NCBI GenBank assembly: GCA_028534125.1
Contig: CM052816.1
Location: forward strand, 71,302,001 to 71,366,000
From: Lama glama
Taxonomy: Eukaryota
Reading direction: 5' to 3'
DNA length: 64,000 nt
Positions within the stretch are counted from its first letter, which is position 1. Each line of letters begins with the position of its first letter. Shown one piece after another: positions 25,066 through 37,069 of this stretch. The position numbers were made by a program, and so were the translations under genes. Below the pieces are notes generated by a model. The model saw nothing but the letters and a program-made list of their open reading frames with translations. It did no database searches and was not told the DNA's origin.

Positions 25066-25260
25066 CTTCCTTATCCAGTCATCTGTCGATGGACATTTAG
25101 GTTGCTTCCACCTCTTTACTATTGTAAATAGTGCTGCTAGGGACTTTGGGATGCATGTTATCTTTTCAAGTTAGTTTCCTCCAGATGTATGTCCAGGGGT
25201 GTGGTTGCTGGACCATAAGGTAAGTCTATTTTTAGTTTTTAAGTGATCTCCATCCTGTTT
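24515..25260 (-). mobile_element. 5'-truncated L1 3' end, apparently inserted in an old MLT1 relic
   Basis: Reverse-complement match to the 22989 copy. Right flank GGGGATCTGGGAAATGTAGTCTGG is MLT1-like. A short CCTCTT occurs on both sides. Confidence 0.9.
24978..25064. repeat. Compound microsatellite (TA)n(TC)n(TA)n(CA)n within the L1
   Basis: Read directly from the sequence. Confidence 0.95.
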
Positions 25261-25388
25261 CCTCCTCTTAAATGCCAGGGGATCTGGGAAATGTAGTCTG
25301 GTCACATACCCAGAGGAAAAGTAGACCACAGATGCTGGTGAGCACTTCCAGAATCTACCGTCGCTATAGTCCTAATAGTTTCTTTTCC

Positions 25389-25478
25389 TTTTTTTTTTTT
25401 AATGGAGATACTGGGGATTGAACCCAAGACCTCATGCATGCTAAGCATGTGCTCTACCACTGAGCTATACCCTCCCCC
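25389..25478 (-). mobile_element. tRNA-Ala(AGC)-derived SINE (camelid Vic-1-like)
   Basis: Poly(T) followed by AATGGAGATACTGGGGATTGAACCC...GCTAAGCATGTGCTCTACCACTGAGCTATACCCTCCCCC, the reverse complement of the 22146 SINE family. Confidence 0.9.
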
Positions 25479-27139
25479 TGATCTTTTCTTTTTTCTATGC
25501 TCTTTGAATATTTCTTAACATGTGCATTATGTATCATGAAGTTGTCTATCCTATGTGCCTTTAGGAAACTGTAAATAAATACAACTGTGCAAGTTTATTT
25601 AGATTTTAGTCTTCATATTCTATATGGATCATCATATCCTTTTAATAATAATTATTCTAATTAATAATCTATTCCATTGCAAGAGTTATCCCCCAAATCC
25701 ATGTTTTTTGCCAAAAGTAGTATTATGCAGAGACTTCCTCTTTCAATAATAATTTAGTCAAATTTCATATATGTATTACATGATGTCTAATTCTTTTTTG
25801 AAAAGGAGGGTGAATAATAGAATTGTTATATTTGGTATTTGTTAAAGAGAATATGCTTAGAACTCTTAACTATATCTTAAAAAAAATCAAGATATTACTC
25901 TTGTTTGTCTTTTCCCAAGGGGGGGGGGAATATCACTGTAAAATCTGAAAAGCAATCTCTTTATTCCCTATGCTGATGATGAAATTCAAAAAGCACAAAA
26001 TATGAGAGAGTAACTCTACATTTCTTAATATGAATTGCTTTTAACCTAATGTAGCTCGTCTATATTTTAGACCTAGAATATGAGTTTATTGCCTCATTAT
26101 ACAATAAAGCCAAATGGAGTTAGAGAAAGGAATGAGTGACTTTCTGAGAGGAGTCTGTAGGCTCAGGTTGGAACCTAGCTCACAAAAAAAAGCCAGAATG
26201 TAGGAGATCATGTTGAACAAAAATCAGAGTGGGTGGACAGAAGCTCAGGCTTAGCAAGGATGCAGTGGACATCTCAGAGGCCTTCTTGAAAAAACTGTAA
26301 GACATTTTCAAAGGACTTTTGTATTTCAGGATAAAGATCAGAACAAACCCAATCAAATAATTGATGTATTTAATTTAAAAATCATATATCAAAAGATCAT
26401 TTTTGAATAAACCATAAGTTGACAGAGAAAAATAAAGACAAATAATAATGTACATATTGAAATTAGAATACGAGTGAAAAAAATATTCACAGAGCCAAGT
26501 TTTCACAGGTAAATTTACAAATGTCACCATGAGATATTAAACTAACGGCTGTCAGTGTTAAGTTCATACCAAATGTGCCTTTTTTTTACAAATGCAGAAA
26601 ATTTAGTTATCAAATTAGGAGTGACAGCTAGTGACTGAACTAATTAAGCAGAAGCCCCATAAGCAATTTACCTCATTAAAGGTTTGTGGTTTTATATTTG
26701 CCGCAAAATTATTCCATACCTATTTTAAATGATAAAGGATAAAAATCAAGGTTAATTGGCATTTTAATAGAAAGCATATCAATTAAAATTGTCTACAAAA
26801 AAGAGACTCCTCCTAAAACAATTATTGTTTGAAGTCTAGCAGATCTATTTGTTGTCAACTCGAAAGAACAAAATGGAACAGAATTTTCATAGCAACATAG
26901 GGTGTGGGAAATTCAGCAGAGGCCCTCAATCTTCATTAACTAATTACAGAGAGCATTTGGATTAATTAACTGGTATCATTATCAATGTTATGACTAATTT
27001 ATTTCATTAATTTTATAAGCTAATGCTTTTGCCAAGTACTGATGTTATTTCCCAGACCTTTTCTATTGCTTCATTGTATGAAATGAGGAAATGAGTTACA
27101 CCCAGAATTAAATAACCTAGTTCAGTTCATGCACCTTGC

Positions 27140-27310
27140 TTCTTAGTAGTTGTGTGACTTTGAGAAATTTCTTTTCTGATCCTCAGTTGCGCTCATACAT
27201 AAAGTAAGGATAATAATAGGGCTTATGACAACTAAAAGACAGAATTCATCAGAAGGGTTCCTATAACACTAGACCCACAGTAAGTTCTCTGCACAGGTCC
27301 ACTATTACTG
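27140..27310 (+). mobile_element. MIR SINE
   Basis: TAGTTGTGTGACTTTGAGAAATT...CCTCAGTT...AAAGTAAGGATAATAATAG...CACAGTAAGTTCTC. Confidence 0.7.
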
Positions 27311-28736
27311 CTTTTTGTTTTTATTGTTAGTCTTTCTATGATTGTTGTTCTGGTCTCAGATCCCACTGGACATCTGAAAATACAAAGTTAGTATGAAGGA
27401 TTAGTGTTCAATTTAGCATTCAACAAAACCAGATTGGGAATGCAAAATAAAGATAATGAAAATGCTCATATTATTAATATTAGTTGCAAGCTAGAGCTGA
27501 AACATTAGTTTCTGATGGATTTCATAATAGAACACCAAAACCTCCAAAACTCAGTTCCCACACATGAGCTATTATTTAGGACATGTATAAAAAATGCCTT
27601 AAGGAATCTTAACTAGCATCTGTAAGTAAAACATCTTTGCTGAATCCAAGGTCCTACCTCCATTGTTTCCTGTTTCTCATACTTTGAATTTCCAAAAACT
27701 CTAGTGAAACTTGACCCTTTTCTGATAAGTTTTACTAAATCTCAATCACATCCTTATTAAAACGCAGTAGTTAGTATTCATGTTATTTATGTCCTGGGCT
27801 TGTGCATTCTTCTTTTCTTACTTTTTTTTTTTCAATTTGGCTAAATTTGACAACAATTTAGAGGGCACTTTATTTCCATACATGTTACCAGTCCAGTGTT
27901 GGGCACACAGTGCCTGCTCCCTATATGTCACAGTCTGGCAGCCATCTCCACGATTTGAGTTGAAAGATTCCTCTACAAGGTTGCTACAGTAGAACTTAGA
28001 ACTTACTTAGAACTTCCTTTCCTGGGTAATGTGACATGATTCCAGTCACCAGTTTTATTTGCAGATGAGAGAGTAAAACATCAACTTACCATCCACTACT
28101 ATCTTCATTTGAATTAGTTAAGAGGAAAATTCTAATGTGAGATCAAGAATTAGAAATAGAACCGATCCTACATGCTTCAGGTGATAGCAGTATAGAGAAG
28201 TGATCAAGTCAAAGAAGTGATCCTGAGTGGACAGAGCGGAAAAGCTAAGTTGGGCCACCTCACACTGCAAAAGAGGTATCATTTTCTTCTGGGCATGGGA
28301 TCCCACCTTAGCCATCGTTGTAAATATGTCCTGTGTCAACCCTTCAATTTGTCTTCCATTTTGATTATTTGGGAACTTCTTGATCGAGAAGCATTGGTTC
28401 ATTTGTTAGTTCCTCAAATGGCCGTGAGTGTGTAGCACATTCCAGTTAGCCTTTCAGCCTCCAGTGAAGAGTTCCATATTGCAGGCAGGAAAAGAAGCCT
28501 CAGGGTCTCGGGGGAAAATATTGAACATGGAGATCTCTGCTTGAACTAAATTCAGACAGTATATTTGCACTTTTGCTTTACCACCTAGAAATGGAAATAA
28601 AGCCTATTTTACACAATAAATCTAGACAAGATTATCAGTGATAATAGTTTCAGAAATGAGAAAGTATAATATATGAGCTGGGAGTTCAGGAAGTATTAGA
28701 AAGAACCGTGTTTGGCATTAGCTCGATGCCAGTGGT

Positions 28737-29361
28737 TGTGTTGGGGGAGAATAGGTTCTTGCCTCACTCAGCAAAGAATTTAAGAGCAAGGCATGGTAAA
28801 GTGAAAGCAAGTTTATTTAGAGAGATACACACACCATAGACAGAGTGGGGTCTGTCTCACTCAGAAGGGGAAACGGCTTAGGAGAAACACGCTCCACAGG
28901 CAGAATGTGGGCCATCTCAGAAAGGTGAGAGGTAGAGAGACTGAGAGGTGTGGGGTGTTTAGTTTAAAGTAAAAGTAGATGCACACTCTATAGACAGAGT
29001 GTGGCTGTGTCAGAAGGCAAGAGAGAGAGAGCGACCACGAGGTGCGGAGTTGTTAGGTTTTATGGGCTCGGTAATCTTAAATGCTAATGAGCAGGAGGAT
29101 TATTCCAACTACTTTGGGGAAAGGGCGAAGATTTCCAAAAATCGCCAGTCACCCACTTTTTGACCTTTTATGGTCATCCATGGTGCCTGTGGGTGTGCCA
29201 TGAGGCTCAAGGTCTACTGGAAGTGGAATTTTCTGCCATCTTGGTTCTAACCAGCGTGTCCTGTCCTCCATTGCTGTGTCATTCCTTCAATGGCTGTGCC
29301 CTGTCCCGTTTCTTCCTACTTCGGTTTCACCCCAATGACTCATTCCCCTCCATTAACCTCA
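28737..29361 (-). mobile_element. ERV (ERV1-like) solo LTR, probably lineage-specific
   Basis: TG...CA ends, antisense AATAAA near 28812 and internal repeated units. 28739-29035 is the reverse complement of 51320-51615. Candidate TSD GTGGT/GTGGA; the right end could alternatively be 29329. Confidence 0.8.
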
Positions 29362-29424
29362 GTGGATGGGGAAAAATTATGCTCATCTCTAGACAAATAT
29401 CCTTATAACCTGGAATTGGAGACC

Positions 29425-29772
29425 AGATTAGTTTGCCAGGGCTACCACCACAAATACCATGGACCAAGGCTTAAACAACAGAAATTAATTTTCTTACAAT
29501 TCTGGAAGCTAGAAATCTGAGGACAAGATGTTGACAGAGTTGGTTTATTCTGGGGCCACATCTTCCTTTTGTGTGTGCTGGTGTCCTAATCTCCTCTTCT
29601 TAGGAAGACACCAGTCATGCTGGATTCCGGTACACCCGTATGATCTTATTTCATCCTAATTACCTCTTCAAAGACCCTTTCTTCAAATACAATCACAAGT
29701 ACTGGGGGTTAGAGCATCAACATATGGATTTGGTGGAGGGTGGGAGTGGGGGATGCAGTTCAACATAAAACA
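29425..29772 (-). mobile_element. MLT1A/B-like solo LTR
   Basis: GGCTTAAACAACAGAAATTAATTTTCTTACAATTCTGGAAGCTAGAAATCTGAG...CCTAATTACCTCTTCAAAGACC...CAACATATGGATTT. Confidence 0.85.
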
Positions 29773-31309
29773 GAGAGAGAAGCAGAGAAGTCTCTGGATT
29801 TTTCTCTCACATATTTTTCAAATGTCTTAAAGAAATAGTCCTCTTGTCCCAAACGTTTCACTTTTGTCTGCAATATAAAATAATAAAGCATCAAAACACA
29901 ATACTGAAAAAAATTTATATGTCATACTCCTCTTCTTCAGCCACTATTAGGTAATGTGATAAGAGAGGTGACATATTACCCCACAGTTAGGAAGAGAATT
30001 ATTCCTTTCTTCGTCCAGAGCAAGCTAATTCTGTCAACGGAGCTATATAGATTGGCAAAATATGAGCATTAAGTTTTCAAATAAGAAAATCAAAGCAGTT
30101 TTTTTTTATCCTGAGTATGGCTTCAACTATTAATGTTTCAGAAATATATTATTTGCCTTTTCATCAATTCACACTTGTCTTTGTCCCTGCATAATTTATA
30201 CATATAAAAGGATAAGAGTGTAGCTATTTTCCTAAAGCTGTGTTGTCCAAGTGTGTACCACAGGTACAAAATGTTTCCTTTTTTCTCCTCCTGTTGTTTC
30301 AACGCTACTTAATGACTGAAAACTGAATACCAAGGACAATCATGAGCACTTAAGGCCCAATTCATAAAAAAATGATGCAAGCCATTTATGCACAAATGTT
30401 GCCACTTTCATATGGAAACAAGGTACATAAAGAATTCTCCTTTGTGATTCATAAACCCTCTTTAAGGTAATTTTATTGCTCAGTTTTGTACCTCAGGAGA
30501 GCAAAACTCCAAAAGAGAGAAGTACGAAAGAAAAGAAAACCTACAGATATACTTATGGTCCTATTTGCATAAAAAACCACAGCAAGCCTTTTATGCAATA
30601 TTAATTAAACATATATTAGGCAGTGGTGTGTGGATTGGATAGTCATTACCCACTTTAGTCAAGAATATAAAATATCCTTGAATATAGTCAAGAACATAAA
30701 ACAGGAAACATTTAAAAACACACCCAGAGCTCGCTCTCTCTTTCGGACAGGCCCAGAATCTTTATCATTCTGGTCGATTGGCCCACATATATTCCAAGAG
30801 AATAAAGTGCTGGTATAAATACTCAGACTCTATGTCCAGTCTTTTTTTTTTTTTGTCTACCCTGGAAAGTTAGAGGCAGACAAAAATTTCCCTATAATTT
30901 GCTTAGAGTATGTCTAAGCATAAAGGTTATTGAGTCTGGTGTTTGCGTGGTATGAATGCTCACACTTTAGATACATTCAGGAAGATTAGAAACTGAAGTG
31001 ATATGACTGATAGAAAGGATTTTCCATGTCAGACCTGAATACATTATTACTGACCATGACTAGATTTGATATTATTATTCCAGAGCCTGAAAAACAAGGT
31101 CAGCCAAATTCCCATCTCTTCAAATCTGAAATAAATGAGAACTTTGTCTGAGTTCCACTCATTGTGGCCAGTGTCAACATTTATTGACATTTCAATTCAA
31201 CATTCTTCACAGTTCTAGAATAACAAAATACAAACCATGCCCTGTGGCAGTTGTATATGTGACAATTATGAGAAAAAATTGAGAACTGTAGTAGAAACAG
31301 TATTTATTA

Positions 31310-31815
31310 GGTATTGCATGCCTGTTATGTTTCTTTCCCACCCTGTGTTCCAACCCCACACATGCACACTTCCAGATCCATTCTCTGTCTGTTGCAGTCC
31401 TGCTCTATGCCCAGGGAAGCTAATCTTGAAGGCTGACTTCCATTTAAGTTCGGCCAGTGAGAAATATGGACAGACAATGAGAAGCTGGAGGAGAAAAGGG
31501 TTGGGATCATTCCTCCTCGCTTCTTCCTTGGTCCACTGCTGTGACTCTGGCTGTGGCCCCTCAGTGACCAGAGCTCCTGCTGGGTGGCACTCTGCTTTGG
31601 CTCACCTCTCACTGAGCTCTGGGAACATCACTTTCCTTCCTTGTCCCTTCAGTCCTGAAAGTGAGGGCAGCTTCTTTCTGCTGGCGATCGGTGCGTACCT
31701 CCTTGGCTTCTTGACTTCCTCAATCTTGTCCCATTTGTAAGTAGTCCTTTCTTAAAGATTTTTGTGGGAGTAAATTCTAGAGGATTTCTGTTTTCTGTGA
31801 TAATTTTAACTGATA
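31310..31815 (+). mobile_element. LTR33-like (ERVL) solo LTR
   Basis: CCAGATCCATTCTC...CCTGCTCTATGCCCAGGGAAGCT...CCTTGTCCCTTCAGTCCTG...TTTCTGTTTTCTG. Accounts for the 167-aa ORF at 31237-31740. Confidence 0.65.
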
Positions 31816-32229
31816 GTCATCCAAGATGTTAAGTTTCTAACTGATTTCTATTTCCATATGACTAATGGATGATGCGTGTGTAATTGCTCTATTTCTTTAA
31901 CTTTTTATGGCTTATGCTGTCATTTTCAGATTCAACCTATCAGAGACACTCATTCTACAGCGTTTTAGCCACAGTTACGCAATACTTAGGTGAGAGTCCA
32001 TCAGTCTTTGAGTAAGCAATGAATAGGGTTTGATAATGATAATATTTAATATGCCATGCTTGACAATTGGATTGGACAGCAATTTATTCAATTAACAAAA
32101 TCTTATTGATTGACTAAATTTGTAAACTATCTTATAAGGACAGTAGATGAATAGGATACTTAGAAATCTAATATCAATGCTGCTATTAATAATAGTAATG
32201 GTAACATCAACAACCACTACTGTAAGAAC

Positions 32230-32475
32230 CATAAGTAACACTAAATGAATGCTTTCTTTGTGCTAAGCACTATGCCTTTAGCTTATTTAAACATAGCACA
32301 TTCAAATAAAGTAAGTAATATAGTATTATTTTCATCCTTTTTACAATAAAGTTGCTAGAACTTAAAAAACTTCTAAAAGTTGCCCAAGGTCACTCAGCAG
32401 AAAACTAGCAAAATTGATGCTTGTTTTCACAACAGTTTTGATTCTAAAAGCAAGCTCTTAACCACCATACCATCA
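32230..32475 (-). mobile_element. MIR SINE
   Basis: TGTGCTAAGCACTATGC...TTGCCCAAGGTCACTCAGC...GCTCTTAACCACCATAC. Confidence 0.75.
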
Positions 32476-32899
32476 TGGTGCCACTTAAGAAAACAATCAA
32501 ACACTTAGTCATCTTTGGAAAATTCTTTGAATCTTATGTATATTATTTTCTAATGGAACCTCTTTTTTTAGCTTATAAGAGTCTTATTTATTAAAATTAT
32601 TAAATCATTGCTGTATCCATAGTAAATATTAGTTCCAAGATTTTTAGTGAGTTATAGTATGAATCTTTTTCATATGGTTATTTTCCTTGCTTTTGTGCTA
32701 GAAAAGTCCTTATTCTTTCAAAAATTTCATAAATATTAACCCATATTTATATATTTTAGATTTTTCATCCAATTATTTCCTTTCTGTGGGATTGATTTGC
32801 CTGTATGGTCAAAGCAGACATTTAAGCATTTTTTTTTCAAATTGTCAAAGTTTCCAAACTTTAAATAGCCATTCAACCTCTTTTATAGAAGTCCTTTGA

Positions 32900-35670
32900 C
32901 CATTTTGCTCCAAAGGTGATGTGCTAGCCCCTGAGGACACTGCTTCTCCTGAAGCCTGTCCAGTGATGAATGTTTTCTTCTCAAACATCTCAAGTAGTTT
33001 AGATATCCTTGATCCTTAATACTGCTTTCAAATTATTCTCTTCCTCTTTCCTTAAAAGCATTCAGCCTGAATCTTATGCCACCGGTCTACTACACCCATC
33101 ATCCTCTCTTTTGCAAATACGGACAGAATTCTGAGTCAGGCTCCTTTATTGCTTGAAGATCTAACATTCGCCTCATGAGCATTCTCTCCAATTCTACTAT
33201 TGTCATAATTCGAGCTGCATCTACTATACATTTGGGTGGTTCTTCTAACATCATGGCCTTTCAGTTCCTTGATCTCTACTTGTCCATCAGTTTTGTCCTC
33301 TATCCTATCTAACCCACCTATTCCCATGATCCTTTTCTATAATTTATTGCTAATAATGTAAATCCTGAATAATCTCAGTTCTGAAGTTCCCACCCTGCCA
33401 TTACCAACAACCATCTTTACAGCTCCTATCTTCAATTAATCTGCCTCCAAAAGTACTTGCACTCCAATAGGACCTACAATCCATTGAACTCACTGTCCCA
33501 TACCTCTCCCACAGCTCAGCTGCATTCTAATCCAGTTCATATTCCAAAGTCAATTATTAAAATCACTCCCTTGCCTTCACCCTCTGCTCTTACCTTTTTT
33601 TCTTTCTGTCTTTCCGCTTAGCTCAGCCACAGCCTTGAACTTGCTCCTTGCAGTTATCCTCACACTAAAACATGATTGGAGATAAAAACACACAAACATA
33701 CTGATGGGTCGTATTTCAAATTCATGGTGACCAGACTTGGGGAGCCATCATGCTGTTTGGAAATCAGTCAATATTTCCCCGTCCATTCACTCTGTCACAT
33801 GTCTACACAATTATTTCTGCCTGCTCTTCCTTCTTTAAATCTCTAATCCCTTCTCCCTACTTCTCATGCTCAATCCTTTACCTTACTTCTCAATTCACTT
33901 AGAAAACTGAATCAGTTAGAAGTTGTCTTTTACATGCTTCTAGTTCCATCCATCCACTCATTTGCATCTGTACCTTCTTCCCTGCTATCAAGGATGAATT
34001 AACCACAGCCTAACAAAAGCCAAACCTGCCGTTAAATGTTATCCCTTCTTAATTCTCAAGGACCTTGCTCTAGAAATTCTCCCTTTTCTTTCTTGCATAA
34101 TAATTTTTTTTTCTTTTTTACTGAAAAATATTCCAACAAACCTACAACGTTGCTGTTGTTTACTTTATTCTAAAAACAAAAACCAAAAGACTCTACTTCT
34201 TTCTCCAGTTACTGCCTATTTTTGTCTTCCTTACAGCAAATCTTCTTTTTAAAAGGCCTACATTCACTATCTTGAATTTCCCTACTCCTATTCCCTTTTA
34301 AGCCTACTCCAATCATTTTTGTCCCCACCACAATATTTCAGCAGCTTTTAGCTAGAAAATTAATGATGAATGCATTGCTAAGTCCAATGTAGATTTTTTG
34401 TCCTTGCCTTACTTGATCAGCAGCAGCATTTAATTCAGCTGATCACTACACTCCTGAGTATTCTTCTGTGCCTTCATGGGCTCCTTGCCCATTTCTTCCT
34501 CATCTTTTAGTCCTCTAAATGTGAAGGGCTCCATCTATTGAAGTTTTTTCCCCCTCTCTTTCTCTAAATTCAGATTTAAGTACCATTTCAACACTGATGC
34601 ATTACAAGTTAAATTTCTAGTCTGGATATTTCTTTCATATTCCAAGTCTGGATACTTGTATATCTATCTGCCTTGACAGCTCTCTGTATACGCCTAGTAA
34701 CTCAAATTTAAAGAACCCAGCATTTGTCTTCCAATCATCCCCCAAAATACTCCTTCAAGAGTCTTCCCTGGTTGTTATTGTGGTCCAGACCTGGATCTAA
34801 GTAGTTTGAAACTATTCATCAATTCAAACCTCATACCAACTCTTTGACATAAGTATGATTATGACCCAGTTTTGCATATGAAGAAACTGAGGCAGTAAGG
34901 AAGAAATAGCCTACCCAAGGCCATACTAGTGATTGAGCTAAAATCACAAGTGCTGGCTTTTCTGCCGCCTGAGATGGTGAGCTGGACCACTGCCCCAGGC
35001 CGTCTCTCATGGTTTCTGGCCTTGAAACCTGGGAATCTCATCCTGATTCTTTGGATGAAATTACTCAGCAAATCCCACTAGTTCTACTTTGAAATTTCTG
35101 CATATACTCAGAATCTGACCACTTTTTCAACAGTTTTTCTGTTACCAGGGACAAACTGACATAATTAAATAATGGTCTAAATCAGCCCTATGTAGTCTCC
35201 ATACCCCTGACCCCTCCCCTGGCTCATTCCTCTGACCTCATTGCAGACCCACTCCCCTTGCTCAGTCTGTTCAAGATACATTGGTCTTATTTTCTTCAAA
35301 CACTCCAGACACGTTTACATGTTAGAACTTTTTTTCCTCCCCTTTTGGCCATTCTCAGATACTCCCATGACTCATTCTCTGAATACCTTTAGTTGTTTCT
35401 CAAATTTCACCTTGCTTTTTCTCTGGCTTTTTTTTTTTTTTCAAAATCTTCCCTCCTCCAATTCTCCTCATCCTTCTTTTCTGTTTAATTTTTCTCCATA
35501 GCATAAGAAATCCTTTACTCATTAATCTTGTTCATAAGGCTATGGCCCCTCACTACAGCGTGAGCTATGTGAGAGCATTTTCAGTTTGGCTCATGACTGC
35601 TCTATTCTCGGCTCTTGTAAGGGTGCCTAGCACAGAGGAGGTGCTGCACCAATAGTTCTCGAAAGTATGA
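32900..35670 (+). mobile_element. Long decayed L2 LINE (ORF2 remnant through the 3' end)
   Basis: Pyrimidine-rich tract with L2 landmarks CATTGCTAAGTCCAATG and CAGCAGCATTTAATTCAGCTGATCACT, ending GTGCCTAGCACAGAGGAGGTGCT. Confidence 0.75.
34810..34995 (-). mobile_element. MIR SINE inserted in the L2
   Basis: TTTTGCATATGAAGAAACTGAGGCAG...CCCAAGGCCATAC. Confidence 0.75.
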
Positions 35671-35819
35671 CAAACAGACGTTTTCATTGGGTTGTAGTGT
35701 TTCTTTGAGCAAGTTTTAAATTTTTTTATGTAATAGAGGGTGTTTCAGGAAAAATTAAACTCATTGCTCTGTGTCACACAATTTTAATTATAATTTTGTA
35801 ATGCATTTCAATATATTAT

Positions 35820-37060
35820 AAATTCTCTACCTGATACTCACTATAACCAAGGCTTTCTCTTTGGGGACAACGGATGCTACTGCTTTTATTGTAACCATAA
35901 ACACTTTGTTATATCTTCTTTTTTCAAAAATTTTAACTCAACACATCTCAAATTCTGCTGTTTGAAAATGATTCTTCCTTATTAATTTCTGAAGAGTTGT
36001 CTACTCATTGTCTTACTACCTACTTACACCCCAAACCACCTAAACTTAATTTTTATTCCCAGGATTCCATGCAAACTGTCCTTTTTGATAATTCTCTCAA
36101 TCATTTTCAGGCTACCATGATGAAATGTGCTATTTTATTTCCTAATCCTACTTGATAATTCAGCAGTATTCTTCAGAATTGATCCCTGTCTTCTTTGTGA
36201 AATATTTCCCACCCTCAGCTTCTGTGAAGCCATCAGCATGTTTCCTCTTACCTCATTGGTTCTCCATTTTGGGGCTCTTTTTCCAGCCTATTTTCTTGTC
36301 TTCCATGTAGAACAGCTCAGGATTGAACCATTTTTCTTCACTATACCTATAGGTGAGCAAGACCACTCCTGCGAATTCAAAGGGTTATCTATTCTTATTT
36401 ATTCTGGAATTTATATTTCAGGCTAGATTACCACAATAAATATGTCTAATTTCTCATTCAGTTCTCCAACTATTTCGCAAATATCCCAAGCACTGCATAC
36501 TGAAAACTGAATTGATTTTTTTCTTCCTCACATTCTCCCTCCCAGTGTTCCTTACTTCATCCAGTGGACCCACTCCCAAATACTTAAAGCAGGGTAATGA
36601 GAGGCATTCTCATCAATTCCCTATTTCTCACCAAGCGACTATCAATTCCTATAAATTCTACTGTCTAATCTACTATCTACTGTTAATCTCCGGTCCAAAT
36701 TCCTAGCATTTTTCTCTTTAACAATTGGAAGATCACCCTAATTGATCACTCTGCCTCCAGTTGTGTACCTCTCAATGAATTCTTTATACAACAATCCGAG
36801 TGATTATTTTAAAAATTAAAAAATCTATCCATGTCGTTTCTGCTTTGAAGTCATTAATGAGACCCACCACTCATGGAATCAAATACAAAATTTTACCTAC
36901 CCCTCCAGCTTTATGTCAGGCCACTCATCCCTTCAACACTGAAGATGAAGACATAAGTTCTGCCCACCAAGTTGCTTCTGAACATAGGGCATTTGCACTT
37001 GCTTTTCATGCTCTCTGGAGTCCTTGTACCACCACTATATTTCTCCACCTGGTTTAATTA
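35820..37060 (+). mobile_element. Second L2 LINE fragment
   Basis: TCAGCAGTATT...GATCCCTGTCTTCTTTGTGAAA; CATAGGGCATTTGCACTTGCT. Confidence 0.6.
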
Positions 37061-37069
37061 ATATACATT

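Noticed and set aside
22146..25478. Inverted segmental duplication or DNA transposon with long TIRs
   Set aside because: Only the interspersed repeats mirror each other; the unique spacers do not, and the left L1 has its own TSD.
31237..31740. 167-aa ATG-initiated ORF
   Set aside because: Lies almost entirely within an LTR33-like relic and shows no recognisable protein features.
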